Shown in pieces: positions 26,601 to 45,800 of a stretch of 64,000 bases of DNA. Numbering within the stretch: position 1 is the first letter of the stretch; each line of letters opens with the position of its first letter. The notes below the pieces were generated by a model. The model saw only the letters and a list, made by a program, of their open reading frames with translations, had not been told where the DNA came from and searched no databases. A program made the position numbers and the translations under genes. This DNA comes from Chrysomallon squamiferum (Eukaryota; Animalia; Mollusca): assembly GCA_012295275.1 (NCBI GenBank), contig CM022665.1, positions 4,712,001-4,776,000 on the forward strand. The letters are read 5' to 3'.

Positions 26601-29600
26601 ATTTTATATTTATAAAATGCCAAACTCATTCAAAACTTCGATTTTCTTTTTTTCGTCAGTTTCGAAGAAACTTCCAGTACACAAAGAACAGAGCCAGCTA
26701 AACGACCAGGTGAGAATTTTAAATTTTACGAAAAGTATTGTTTAGAAAATCAATTAGTTTTTCACAGAAATAATTAGGGATAAGTACTTTTTTATTATTA
26801 TTATTATTTTTTTTTTTTTTTCACAATGTTATATCAAGTACAAATATTTAGTTAAATCAGAGAATTAAAAAATAATCTAGAACTGCTTTTTAATATTTCA
26901 TAACAGTTGTTTTTGATTCATACAAGTAGGTTGTATGGTATTTTCAACAACTGACTGAAATTTTTACTATATACTTGACAATGAGGCACATCTATTCTGC
27001 CTTTATTTTAAGCTGGTCGAATTGGTAGTGGTAGATTTGACCGTGGTGAACGAGATGATCGCCACCGGGTTGATGGCCCAGCTCGGCAGAAAGGTATTGC
27101 CTGCCTTGCTTGCTGCCTTATTTTTCACCCCTGTAAATTTATGGTGTGCTGGTCTTTTCATTATAATTGATTTTGCATATCATCCATGTCAGTTTGTGCT
27201 AACAGTTTTGAAACTGTTGAAGTTACCATTTTCATCCTGTGGCATGGTCATTTATGTCAAATTGTGCTAATAGTTTTTAAACCGTTACCAGTTTTCAAAT
27301 CATCCAGAAGACATCTGATGTGTGTGTCATGTTTATTTATATTTGTTTTTGAATGTCTCGTGTGTTATTTTGTTTGTGAGAAAGAAGTGAGGTTTAGCAG
27401 TTTTTACAGTATAGACATTGAAGCAATGTGTAGTTTAGACATAAAAAACTCTTTTTCTGCTATGTATCAGTTTTTGATTTAAAAACTATATTAATACATA
27501 TTATATACTAGTATATGTTTGACAGCCTGACAGTGTAACTGCTACTTCTTTACTTCACAAGCATTACAATTCTAGGGTTGTTTTCCTTGAATGATAATCT
27601 TCAGAATAATCATGTATGAAAAACTTTCTACAATGTAAACAACATAAATATTACTTCATGTATATAAGTCCAAATTCTGAATATTCCTCTTTGTTCTTGT
27701 TTTAACAGTGTAAACACTAGGACATAAACAGTGTTCTAAATGATGTAATTTTTACATTATTATTTCAATCATGTACCCATCATAGGCATTTTGAAATTCT
27801 TTTCCAAGGAGTTAATGCGAAGTATGGCATGATTTGGTTTGTGCATTATTTCATAATACTTGTTTTGAAATAAACTAATCAGTTCATTCTCATTATTAAT
27901 CATAATCATCCATTCTGCTTGTTTTTATCCAAGCTCCTCATTTTTTAGTTTGAATTTTTATTTTATCATTTTTCTTATAGCTAAACATTTTAAATGTAGA
28001 TAAAAGCATGATTAGTTTATTCTAGATAAATTACTAAACAATGAAGTAATTCATTTGATACATATATAAACACATGAAAAGCATGCAAGATAGAATTGCT
28101 TTTTGCATGTACATCTGTCATAAATTATTTACAGCTTTTCTTTCTTTTCAAATAGACCAAATACAGAAGGTTAACCTGAACAAACTTTTGGTTATGGCAA
28201 TCCTTATTTTATCGTATTTATTTTTATATTTTTTCTTGAAATATAATTTATATTTATTTGTTTTGAAGGTGACTCTTTTTACTTTATTTCAAAAATTTAT
28301 AATCTTTTAAGTAACCTAAGAGAATAAAACTTGTTTATTGAAATTATGTTACATAATTAATGTTTTCTTTTCCTTCATTGTATTACTTTTTCTTTTTCCA
28401 TGCAGTCATAAATGCCATATAAATTAGCTTGTTGTCAATATAAATAATTAATTTAGGATAATATGAGCATAAACAAAGTTTTATATATTTTCACTTGGGT
28501 TTAATGTTAAATAGATGGTTGAGTGTTGTACAATTTCATCATACTTTTAGGTGGCGTTAAACAAGAACAAGATCAGCTTACACCAAAATCTGGTCGAGGT
28601 CGTGCAAGAGGTCGTGGACGAGGCAGAGGCCGAGGTTCACCCCGCCCACGAACATTTTCAGGTGGAGATGAAACACGCAAAGTGGAATGCCAGAAGGACT
28701 TACTGGTGGTAAAGATTGACAATTCTGGAAAAGAACAAGACCATTCAGTAGAAGTTGAATACTGGGATGATGACCTTACAGAAATCAAGTCAGTAGGAAA
28801 GACACCTCCACCTGGACCCACACATGCTCCACCATCCCAGAAACAAACTACACAAGAAACAGATGCTGCAGGTAAACAATTCCAGGCTCCATCATCTTCC
28901 TCACTAGCTGTCAAGGATCAGTTTACTGCCTCTGTACATGACATGAGCAGGAAACCAGGAGAAAGGACTGACAGTCAGAGTCAGAGTGCAGGAGATGAGA
29001 ATGACCATGATGAATCATGGGAAGACTGTCCTGACAGTTCAGAATTTTATGGAACCACTGATGATGAAAGCAGGAGCCAGTCAAGTCACAAGGACTTTGA
29101 CAAGGGTGAGAAAGGTAAAGACCATCATCTGAAATTAAAAACTAAACTGAATCCAGATGCTGCTGAGTTTCAGCCATCACCTCCTGATTCTAGTCTAAAT
29201 GAATTTCTGCCAACATCTCCAGATTTCATGAAAACTCCTCCTGGCCATGTTAAGGTTATGGACTGGGTTTCAGAAGTCACAGATAATCTAAGTCCAACAT
29301 CACCACCACCAATGGAAGGATACCATATCAGAAAAGAGGACTTTATTCAAAAGGACTCCCAAATGGCTTCATTTAATGCAGATGCATGTCAAGATGACTT
29401 GGCTGCAAAGAGCTCTTCTGCTGAAGAAGTTACAAAAGATATATCACAAACTTCTTCAAATGAACAGATAAACCATAAGAATTTGGAACATATAGATACA
29501 GTTTGTGAAGAAGAAGGTGATGAATTATTTGAAATAGCCCCTGAAGATGGAGAAGGCCCCAATGATGAACCATCATTGAAGAGTGCAGAAGCACCTGAAA

Positions 29601-31392
29601 CTTTTTCTAGTGCCAGTCCAGAAGTAGCACAAGATGTAAAGGTCCACACTGATGATGACAGTGAGAATAATCCAGAACCTGTGGAAACTGATAATAGTGT
29701 AGAAGCCAGCAACTTGCCTGACCAATTGGTGCTTGATTCCAAACCATCTGACAAAGAAGTAGATATTTCTTCTTTAGCCATTGAGACAGAAAATCAGACT
29801 GAAACAAAAGATGTTGAGGACAGCAAACCAGAACTAGATGAGGACAGCAAACCAGAACTAGATGAGGACACCAGTACGCCATCCATTGAGGAAATCAGTG
29901 TAAATGAAGTGCATGATGACAGTCATAAAAATGATGTAGATGAAGTAAATAAATCTGATTCAGAAGTTTCAGCTGACCTTCCAGAAGAGAGTCAAACTGA
30001 GGACTCTTCAGAAACAAGTGTAAAAGAGAGTGAAAGTGCATCAATACAAATGGTTCCTTCTCCCAGCCAATGTGAAACAGACCCTAATGTTAAATCTTCA
30101 GATCAAGGAAGAAAGTGAGACAGTCAGCACTCAAGATGTTATAAAAGATACATGTGAGAAAACTGATGATCACCTGTCTGAACCAATTGTCCCTAGTGAA
30201 CAAGCAGCTATAGACAGGGAAATTGAAGATAAAGCAGGTAAATCATGTGTCATATAAAGTTGTTTTGTCCTCACCATAAACTGCATTACATATCGTATAT
30301 TTGTTATCTCGTATGTACTTCCCAGGAAGTTGTTACTTGATTATGTTTTACAATGCATTTTGTTTCAAACTGTGATTCTGATACTTCAAGCAGCTTGAAT
30401 GTATTCATTTACAATGTACATATATACTGAATGGTAAATTAAAGAATGTAAATAGCATGATTGTCATCAGATCTGAATTATCGACATAGTCAAATTTTTA
30501 CATTCACTGCAGTTTTTGTTTTTTTACCTTATTTTATGTATGCAAGCTGTGTTCAAACCCTCTTATATGGAATGAATATATTACAGTTTATCCATGCATT
30601 TATAATTCATATCAACTAATAGCAAACTAATGAATTTTCAGATGAATCAGCCACAGAACAGAAGAGCTCAACAAAAGCTGAATCAGAAGGTGCTGACAAA
30701 GAGCCTTCTACTACTACTGAGGACAGATCTGCAGCAGAAAGTCCACTTGTAAGCATTGTTAGCCTAGACTGTCTGTCTGTCAGATTCAGACCCACTAATT
30801 CCACATTTTAAATCCATTGATGGTAAGTATGTATAGGGAATAAAAACAGGTGATGGAAGCTGGGTGGTGCTGGGGTAGAATTTTGTGTTTGTAGTTGGTG
30901 TTAACCCCACAGATGTAAGTAATTTTTATTTGTGTTGGATGAAATGGATTTGGCATGATAGAATCTGTACTTAGTGGCTGGTTTGTGGCTGGTAAGTAAA
31001 CATTTAGATACATTCAGTTCAGACAAAATTAATGGTTTAATTATGTATATCTTAAAAATTGTTTTCTTTTAATTTTAGTGTGTGCTTGTGGACAACACAT
31101 AAAAATAAATATATATATATATATTTTTTTTTTTTTCAACTCATTCACCTTTTAAATTTGAAAGTTACTTTCTTCCCAAAATTTTAGTTAATATCTGTTA
31201 GTCTTATTTATTTGCATAGTAGCAATGTTTTTCAGTATTAATTATCGAACATTCTAAATATATTTTATGTTTGCTTGTTTGTTTGTGATATGTTTTCAGT
31301 TGGGTACAAAATATAACACAGTATTGGATTTCACACAATTTCATAACATAATCAAATTCTATTTTTCTTTTTTCTTTTTTCAGTCTTCTTGA
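21464..31392 (+). CDS. CCDC9: Coiled-coil domain-containing protein 9-like (CCDC9/CCDC9B family), RG-rich with a long acidic low-complexity C-terminus
   Basis: Approximate exons: 21464-21472, 22039-22152 (LTKEEREALLNKKMEEIRKKNDALRKRHQ), 22601-22720 (EIEADKK), 23242-23316, 24438-24845, 25423-25600, 25974-26161 (MTGRERLEYTQWKEERERIDSERLARQKSQTGEWRRAWDAEK), 26660-26709, 27013-27093, 28551-30237, 30642-30748, 31384-31392. The two conserved blocks match my recollection of CCDC9. There is an apparent frameshift near 30105; as assembled, the frame stops at 30118. Confidence 0.85.
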
Positions 31393-33144
31393 GCTGTTAC
31401 CATGGCAATCAGAAAGAGGGTGGGCTTCCTGTGAACACTTTTTTCGACAAAACCCACTACCCAAACATCAGCATTCACACATCTCATGCTACATACTGAG
31501 CTGGTGTGCAGTTTAATTGTTTTCTTTGTTTTGATAATTATTGTCATAGGACATTAATGTTTCTGTTAGATCCAGTTAGTGCGTACAATGGCTGTTTTAA
31601 TGCCATTCCCAGTCTTCTTTGCAATACACATTGACTATGCAGCATACCACTTGTTTTTTTCATTATCATCACAATGCATTTTCATCGGTGAACACTCTGT
31701 TTAAATAGAGACTGTAAACATTATCATTTATTCCTTATACTTCGGTATATCAAGTGGACTTTTATAGGGCTTTGTTTCCATTTTCTTTATATTATTTTTT
31801 TCTTGATTTTGGGAATTATAAGAAATTTATGAAATTTAAATGGTATCAACTGGAGTGAATTTCTTTTTAACAAATAACTGGTCATGAATAAAATTTTCAC
31901 TGAGATTGTTGACTGTATTTGGTTTACAGTAAAATGATCTTTTTACAATTTAATTAAATTTTCTGTAAATTTGTGTTTATTGTTTTGAGTGAAACACTAT
32001 AGTATTAGTGTTACTCAAATGCTGTTTTATCGCTTTATGCAGTTTGTGGATTCTTTTTGTATACTTTTTTGCATTACGTTTTTATCCAGTTTTGTCTTTT
32101 TTTATAAATTTCAGTATTTTATTAAAATTGGTTGTCTCTTTGAATTCAGAGTTGGACTGGATTATTTTACAAGCATTTTTGAAATAATGCTGTCATATGC
32201 AGACTGAACAGAATGGAGACAAAATCTGGTGGGGAACTTTTTGTTAGACAATAATGTTTCATTTTACAGTGACACACAATTTCAACCAAAATTAATAATT
32301 TAAAAAAAAAAAAAAAAAAAAAATTATTTTGTCTTCAAACTCTAAAAAAAGTTTCACTTGTAAAGAGATAAACATTATATGTCACATTTATTAATGTTTA
32401 AACAATTGGCTATTATCACTTTTTAAATTTTGAATGTTATTGACAAAGTCAGTAAATTGCTAGTGCCTTTAATGATGTTTTTAAGATTTGGTAGAAGAAG
32501 GCAAAGATATTTGGATTGTTCTTACTTAATATGTATTAGAAAAAAAATTATGCAAATTCTGCATATTTTGCATGATTAGATGGCCTTTTTAAAATCCCTA
32601 TTAACTGTACATATAATTATTAGGATAGGTAATTGTTACTGTATTTGCAATAATTGTCATAGAAGTGTTTTGAGTTTTTTTATGCTTGAGATTATGATGT
32701 TTTTGTGTGTATGCGTGTGTGTGTGTGTGTGTGTGTTTATATATATACATACATGCATACACATATATATGTATATGTGTGTGTGTGTGTATATAAATAT
32801 ACATATATGTGTGTATATATATATATATATAGCCTTTCTTTACAAAGGTTATTTCATGATCTTTGTTTTTGTTGTTTTTTTTTACTGGAAAAATGTACTG
32901 CTTTAACTTGTTAATTTTACTCCATTTCTTTTGTAACATTCTTTGTTTCTGTTTTCAAATTCTTTACATTTGTATTTACATAAAACATGAAACATTTCCA
33001 CCTGACACTGTTTTTCTAAAAATTAACAACAGTATAAACTTTTTAATATATGTAATTTTGTCAGTGTTACATATATAAATTCAGCATATGTTTTTAAGAA
33101 TAAATTATTTTTATTTTTGTTATTTATTTATTTATTTATTTATT

Positions 33145-33183
<39 letters not shown>

Positions 33184-36100
33184 ATCTCAAGTTTAAATAA
33201 TTAACCTTCGGAGTAACAACTTTTTACTATTATTAATACCTTTTTTTCTTGATGTCTTAACATCATGGAACATTACTTACCATTCAGTTATCTTAGAAAA
33301 AGCTATTGAGGCTTTACAGTAAATATATTGTGATACACAGTTCATCATTATTGTTATTTACATACAATGAAATCATCTTCATATTTTAAGTTAATATGAA
33401 CAAACATGCAATTGGTTTGTCCATGCATTTTCTTGTATCAGCAGTTGTGCTGGTAATTTTTACTTTATTTTGCACAAATTATATATATATATATTTTAAA
33501 TATATGTAAATAGAACAATAGAATTTGTTTTTCATGTAATGCTTTTTTCAACTAAAGCAGCTGGAGAATCATTTTAGTTTCAGTTAAAACTGATTTATTT
33601 CAGTTGTTTCAGAGCTGGCAGAATTTTTAAAATTCTAAATTTTTAAAAGAATTATATCTTTTTCTTTTTTTCAAAACTAATCATATGAATTAAATTACTC
33701 TTTGAAGTGGTTGGATAAATAACAGTTCAAATTTTTATGTATTGCCTTTGTTTTCATTTTCTTTTTATTACGTGTTATTTATGTGTGAAATTTTGTTGTG
33801 CTTCAGGTTTTTGTTTTGTGAAAAGTAGTTTTTATTTCCTTTTCAGTTTTTATGCCAGATGAATAAAATTATTTTCTGGTGCATTAATTATAAATTCATT
33901 GTCTGTCACAAATATTAGTGGGTTTTTTCATTGTCTTCTTTTTTTTGGGGGGGGTGTTGTTTTTTGGTTTACATTTTTAATGTTTGTTTTTTTAAATTGT
34001 TATGAGATTCCGGTTTAATTAATGTAAACTGAAACCTTTGTTTAATTAATAGGTACAATTCTTTCTATTCTAATGTGAATAACATATTGAATTTTTGTTA
34101 AAATGTTGATTAATAATAATAATGGTAACAACATATTAATTTATAAGTTTTCCAGGTTTGAGGTTAAGTATTTAAAAATATAATTGAAATATAAATTTTG
34201 ATTAACTTCCCAATTGTATTTACTTTGCAGAACAGTCTGTTTTCTTTATTAGTATAAATATTTCTGGTGCTAAGAAGACTGTAAAAAAAAAAATTGTTTC
34301 TTGATTTATTTCATCAGTAGAAGTCTTGTATTTTCAGCCAGATGTTTTAACCTAGCATCTTAATTATTAGATACTTAGTTTACTGACTGTCAGGGAATAT
34401 TCTACAATCAGTATTGAATATATATAACCTGTATGTATTTTTGAAATAATTTATAAAAGGCTCACCGATGGCTGTTAACATTTTATGTATTGTAAATACA
34501 TAATTGTAGATAATGTATCTGCAGCAAATTATTATAAACATAGAGTAAACTTTATAGTTTGTGAAACAACTAATGTATCATGTATATTACAGAATACTGT
34601 ATTTTTAGCTTTAAAAAGATAAAAAATAATAGATGCTTACTGTATAATTGTCATTTATAAATGGATTTTATTGTGATGGGTTCTCAGCTATATTTTTTAT
34701 TCTAAAACTAGTCAGAATTAAATGGTGGGATGAAAAAAAAAAAGTTTGATTTTGGAGTTTTGAAGTTTGTGTTTTAAGTTCAGAATTTTTCTTCAATGTT
34801 ATTTTTATTATCAAAATAATTATCGTTATTGTTTTATTTTATTTTTTATTTAACTTTTTAATGCTGAAATAAGTATTGGAAATCCCTTAATTGAGGCAAA
34901 GTAATATGTATCATATCTTTTCTTCAAATAATTACAATGGTTTATTTTATAATAAAAACAAATAAAAAGCTAAATTAATTTTGTTGTTTCTCATTATTTG
35001 TGTAACTATGATTCCCATTCATGATGATTGTATATATGTCAAACACTGCTTCTAAAACCATTATAGTTTTCAGTGGATCTACAAATACGTTATACCGTAA
35101 CTAATACTTTCAGTGACTTTTATTATTGTTAAATTATTTCAAAGTTCCAGTATTTAGATCATATATTATTTAAAATCCTTACAATATTTTAAAATGATAC
35201 TTCATACTAAAAATGTACCTTGGGTGAAAAATCCGAAATGGCGTTGAGCTGTAATTCTTTTTATTGAATTTGTGTCATTTGAAAATTTATTGTGAACGAT
35301 TTACTGGAAACAGCTAATGGGGCTATAATTTAGTAAAGTATTACATTTTATATTCTGCGCATATTGTGTGGCATGTATTTAGTTTTAACGCTGCTCATAT
35401 ATACAGGTATATTAATAATACAGTTTCAAGTACAATTTGGCCTCATGACAATGTGATCGTTGGGGCCGTCCATTAAGTGCCTTAGAGGGGAAAAACAAAG
35501 TCGGGGTTCACGAAAATAAGCATTTAAACACGAAATTAACTCGCCAAAATACATTTCAGTCCCAGAAAAAGCAAAAGAAATACATATTTTCTGTGATCAT
35601 AATATCAGTAATGGTTTGTTGAGAATGATTTTTTTTAAATCTTTTTCCATCTTTTATTTAGTAATATAGATTTCTGTCCATATTTCATGTTTTAATGCAG
35701 AATATTGATTTCATTCTCATTATCATGTGATCCATTTTCAAAACAATATGGACATAACTCTGATCGTCCTTAGTCGAGAGTCAAAAATTATTAAATCGAT
35801 CTTATGTAAATTGCTCGAAGGTAGCATACGGTTCTGCATTAATATAGTGACTTACAAAGATTACTGTGAAAGGTATAATGTTAAATTTGTAACAGAACTG
35901 CCACAGTTTTGGTGATGGTCAAAACCGCCTTTAAAATATAGATAGATAGATTGAGAAATAAATAAATAAATAAATAAATAAAAATGTCGTACTGCTTTAT
36001 TAGCAGAGACTGATTACCAGATGCAAATGCAACAGTAATATCGAAATGCAGACCATATATTCGAGCATTATTTCATTACTCCACGGGCACACTTTAAGAT

Positions 36101-36226
36101 TTAGAAAAAGAAAAAATATATATTTTTTTTTTTTTAATTTTAAATTTTTTTTTTTTTTTTACTATAATTTAAATTTAAAATTAAAATACAAATAAACAAT
36201 TATTATTAATTAATTAATTGATAAAG

Positions 36227-36261
<35 letters not shown>

Positions 36262-37185
36262 TTTTATTTATCTTACACAACAAGAAAGATGGATGAATCA
36301 TATATTGTGATTTGATATATATCTCGGTTGTTGTCTAAACTCCTGCGTGTTTGCATTTAGAAAATAACCAGGATACGCTGTGTTATAATAGACGACGCCC
36401 AAAATTATTAATGTACGTGTTTTGTAAATAACAATGTGCATGTTTATAATTAGATCATTGTTGAAAATAAAACGTTTGACTTTCTTTTAGATGCATATAC
36501 AGTTTTGTTTCTTTTTTAGTACAAAGGTTAAACGATATTTTTATTTTGCAATACTTAGGAAATTAAATTATTCAGATAAAATAAAATGTTGGCTTAATGT
36601 TGCTCTTATTAATCGTTTTATTCAAATAATATTATAAGCAAAACTACGTAGGATATGGGCCTCATGTTGAATAAGACAGAATAATGTAACCTCTCCTTAT
36701 TTATTATCATCATCATCATCATCATCATCATCAAGTGTTTAAAATAATTATTTTAATTACTACTAGAGGATATTTAAGAAAATTTCCCGTCCCTCCTGTT
36801 TGTCTTAACTGCTTCCTTGCATCACTCTTAACCTACACTCTCAAAGAGCAGACGGAAAAGAAGATATAGAGAAACACGTAGACACACCCATTATTGTTCG
36901 GTCATTCGACGTAAATTAATGACGTTATCACCGGTGTGAATCGCAGCAGTTTAGTCCAGCTTGTGGTTTATTAACTGTGGTCAAAGTCGCTCATCTCAGC
37001 TGGATATTTAAACTGGTCGAATTTTTCACTAGAGGCGTCATGCCACATTTTCCCATTGATGTCATACAACGTAAACTTGTGCGGTTTTTAAAACAAATGT
37101 TCTAATATATAAGTGTAGGTCTTCGAGTCTGTTGAGCATTAAATTTGTTAAATACTTATAGATACCTACCTAGTTTCTTATCGCA

Positions 37186-41026
<3,841 letters not shown>

Positions 41027-41946
41027 TGCAGAAACAGATACACCACAACAGCTATACCAAAATCCTTTTGATATATATGTGTATATATACTGAGCTGCGT
41101 AGAGAAGTTCATTATCACAGTAATAAAATTAACTTGTTTTAAAAGTTTAATCGAAAGTGATAATGAATAATTAAGATTATTTTTTCGTGATCAGATCTAA
41201 TATTTCAGCACAGGTTTGGGCTTTCGACAAAAGGTTTTGTATGGTGGATACAACTTTCAAAATGAACGATTTAACAATGGTCCACAAAAGTATGAGAAAC
41301 ACTTCACCGAACCACAGATAGCCGGTGACGTGAAAACTGTTCATATTTATAATTATGAAATATCTATCATATTTTAATTAAACAAATCTTTATGAGGAAC
41401 GAGGTTAGAAATAAAATAAATAATAATAATAAAATAAATAAATAAATAAAAAAAACCTATAGAAAATATGTTTTTAAATAGCCTGTATAACAATACACAA
41501 AATTTAACTCCTAAAGACTGATAAATTTGATTCTCATGCTATTTTGACCATAAATTATGCATTTATCGATATATGCTGATAAACAAGCGATGCTGTATTG
41601 TTGTTTTCTTTCTTTCTTATTGTTTTTTGTTTGTTGTTTTGTCACATGATAAAATAAATACGTTTTAATTTCATCATTTTAGTTGTTTTCTTGTTTTCAG
41701 CATACTGAATTTTTTATCTAATATATGTAATTAAAATATAATAAAATAATTAAAGAATAATGTCTGCCAAAGTGCCAGTAGTATTGATTTAATTTAGGTC
41801 CAGATTATAGAACAATTATCTAATCGAAATGAAGTTCTTATAAGACCAATATGAATTTTAAAAGTTATTAAAAACCTACGAACTTTTATAAATAATAATT
41901 AAATAATCCTGATAAGTATATAGATTTTATAAATTTGTTCTCCAAC

Positions 41947-41995
<49 letters not shown>

Positions 41996-42896
41996 TCAAG
42001 TCTTATAAGATATAATTAATAATAATTTAATGTACACTACTTAAAATATCAAATGAAATTATGAACTTTTCTTATGGTGTAAAAGGAATGATGCCATTCA
42101 ACAAAAAATCTTACTATCACGTGGTCGTTCTTTCGCTTTATTTCGGGTACTTTCGGTTCTTTCCGGGAATAATATGGTTAAACATTATCCACGGATTGTG
42201 AATTTCGGTTTCTTAACTGCATCATGTGTAATGCAACTCAGTGACAGGAACATTATTGTTTAAAATACTCATGATGTCAGATATTGCAATCAGAAGCACC
42301 AAATATACTACACATCTGTGATAAATTTGGTGTCCACGTAATGTTTATTTCCGTAATTTCGTACCACAGTCATTTGGTACTACAGAATCTTGTTACCTAT
42401 CTTTTCCATACATTAAACAGATGATTTAATATATTTTCATCTCAACAGTATAATTATATTTCAGGAATGTCTCCGTATGTTATCTATGTCTGTATGTATA
42501 TACGCCTGTACTTCTGTTTAATTAATTTTAGTAATCACTGCGTATAAATTATTTAGTTTTTATTTAAATAACCTTAAACCTGTGTAACAAAATTTCTATC
42601 ATCTATTTTCCCTGGGCCATGATTTTGTGTCTTTTTAGATTTGTTTTTAATTTGAAATAATAATACATAATGATACTCTATAACTGACCATAATTTTAAA
42701 ATTTATTACTGATATTATTTATTTATTTATTTATTTATTTATTGTAAATAAATCCAGTATCACTTTTCTTTTCATTTTTGCTCTTAAATTTCTTGTTGTA
42801 ATTGTAAAAAAGGTTCTTGTTACAAGTATTTCCTACATGTAAACAATGATTTATTATTATTATTATTATTATTATATTAAATTTTTTACAGTTGTA

Positions 42897-45800
42897 ATGG
42901 ATAGACAAACTGTAAGAAAGAAAGGCCATCCTAATCGTGGTGGTGGCAGATTTAACAGAGGTAGTGGTCAGCGTGCACGAGGTCGGGGAAGAGGTCAGCG
43001 TGTGTCACACAGTGGAGGAGGAGCAAGGGGAGGAGGGAGTGGTTTTCAGCGTAAAGGATTTGATGACCACTATGACTGGGATGACCGACCTCTCGATGGA
43101 CTTGAGAAAGATGATCAGAATGATAATTACACATCTCCTTCACACAGCCATGAACCAGCCAAGTGAAAATTTTCAAATGTTTTATTCAGAATTAATTAAT
43201 TTAAATTTAATGCAAATAGAATTTAATTTGTGCACCCAGGTCCATCAGAGCAGATGAAATAACTTTATTTAAGTATATATTTTATGTTAGCAAAAAATGT
43301 AATATTTCTATGGATTTCCATAAACTTCACATGTATGATAGGAATTATGTGAGTGCTTGAGATGCTTATTTACATTTTTTTAAATTTATTTATATCTTAT
43401 TTCTTTTCTCAACTGTTCAGAATGTGGACAAGACCACCGAAAGTCAAAGTTCAAATGCAGAGTCTTCAGATGACTAGAGAAAATCAGGACATGATTCGTG
43501 ACATGCTGGAAGAACTGCATGGAGAAGAACTAGATATTCCTGGGTCTGTGACAGTTAAATTAATTATTTATAGAATCACCTAGTTTTAGGGTGAGTGGGG
43601 GATGTGGTCCATAATAATCTGGAAGACAAAATGAGTTTTACTATAAAAAAAAAGAAAACAACATAAAAAGCATATATATTTTGTGCCATTTTGGAAAGTG
43701 CAGAAAAAAAAAATTCTTTGCTAAAAATAAAACAGCTTTGTTCCACAAATTTGTCTTGGATTTCTTATCAAGGAAAACTAAATACAATGAAATTTATCAT
43801 TAGCCAAACAGTTTTTGGACCAATTTAAAATTTAGTTTTTAGTTTACTGAGGTTTTACATTTAGGTACTTGATAAGTTATGTGACTACAAAACTAAAAAT
43901 TGTTTGATTTTGGGGAATTCTGGTTTAGTGTGGGTCCAGTTTTGTCAAATTTTCACTGTTCTGACATTTAATATCTTTAATAATTAATACTAATTTATAA
44001 TAATGTGTAATTAATCAAAATTGTCCTTCCTATATTTAGAATTATTAATTTATATATATATATATTTGTTTATAACTGTAGTGAAGAAGAATATGACTAT
44101 CTTGATGTACGTTCTGAAGATCAGTACTGGGTGACTGATCGAGGTCTTCAGATTGAAGACAGTTACAGCTATGCAATGGAAGATCAACAGACTAGCTGTA
44201 GCAAAGCAGTAGATGTGAACCTGTTTGCCATTAACAAACTTGTAAGGTAAGTTGTCTTTTTTTTTAACAGAATAGATACTTAAAGAATATCTTGGACAGT
44301 ATTAACTAAATATGATTTGAATATTTCCAAATGGTGGTTTTGTTTAATTGGCAGCGAAGAAGCTTTGCTGCTAATAATATATAACCAATGGTATACATGT
44401 ACTATCAAGATCCATGTAAATACAGATGTTAATTGTTTACAGCTGTTAAACAAGTGACGCAAAATTTAGAAATGTCAGTAAGAAGTTAATGTGTTGTCTT
44501 TTAAACTTAAAGTCTACATTATAATTAACACTGGCTGGTATTAATAAAATCTTCTAAAATTCCAATAATTAATTTTTATGTTTGTTAAAAATGTTTAGAA
44601 ATGTGTCATATGATAGACATGTATGTAATGAAGCTTATCAGTTATGTAATAGAGATTTTGTTTTCATACATGAATTTCTTTTAGGTGATTATTTTATAAT
44701 CTTCTAAAATTTGGCCTTTTCTTATTAGATATGGTTTTGACAGAGAAAGATGCATCGAAGCTTATCAACTTCATGATGGAGACATAGGTTCCTCTCTTGA
44801 ACATCTGTTAATAGAATGTTTTAAAACTGAGTTGGAATCAAGTAAATATTTTGGACAAACAGACAACAGTTTTTGGCAACAGGTTAAGGAAAGCAGACAG
44901 GAAGAAATGGTAGCTCTTAAATCTATATACGAAGACAAATTTGAAGAAAGGATAAGTAACATGGTTTGGGTTTTGTATTTGGACTTAGATCCTTTAACAG
45001 AAATTGTTTCCCCTAAAGAGAAAACTACCAATAGAACTGAAAATAAAGTTTCTAGCAATATATGTAAATATTTTTTAAGTGGAAATTGTAAATTTGGAAG
45101 CCGATGTAAATATAAACATGAAACTGCAGAAAAGAATTCTGACATGACTAAAGAAACATATCTTTATCAGCTTGAAATTCGATTTCCTTCCGGAAACTGT
45201 TACCCACATGAACCTCCCATGTTAGCATTTTCTTCTTCATATCAGTTCATGCCCACACATATCAGTCTGAATATAACCAAACATTTACTTAAAGAAGCTA
45301 TAAGTCTTTCACAAACTGCAGAACCTGCTGTATTTAGTCTGGCAAGTCTGTTAAATGATCCTTCATGGGTGGAATCAGTAGCAGGTGAAGCTCCCTCAGA
45401 AATGAGTCTTCCAAAACCTGTAACCAGCCAGTTCAGACCTGTGAGACAGGGAGTGTTAGGTGAACCTGCGGAGGTGGAGGTGACACAGACAGAGGAAAAC
45501 ATAGATAAGAAAAATGTGGAGGCCTTAATTAGGATGACAGAAAAAGGAGCTGAAATTACCCCTGAAGAAGATGTTTTGCCTCAGAAATATAGACGAAAAG
45601 ATATTGTACCTCCAAAGTTGTCAGAGTCTCAGCTTAGGAAAACAAATCAGATGTTGAAACAAGAATATGATAGGAAAAAAGTAAGTATATATGAGATCTC
45701 ATAATATAATACACAAACATACATACGTACTTAGATACATGCACAACACCATACACACACAAATATATTTATTAAACCTATTTTCAACTGGATTTTCAGT

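Noticed and set aside
29816-29870. 24-bp tandem repeat encoding EDSKPELD x2
   Set aside because: An ordinary local duplication in a disordered region; not an array.
28573-29882. Minus-strand ORFs within the CCDC9-like large exon (and similarly within DHX57 44771-45502)
   Set aside because: Antisense shadows of real plus-strand exons.
35440-35580. ggggccgtccattaag as a Harbinger-like transposon end
   Set aside because: No matching second terminus or TSD found.
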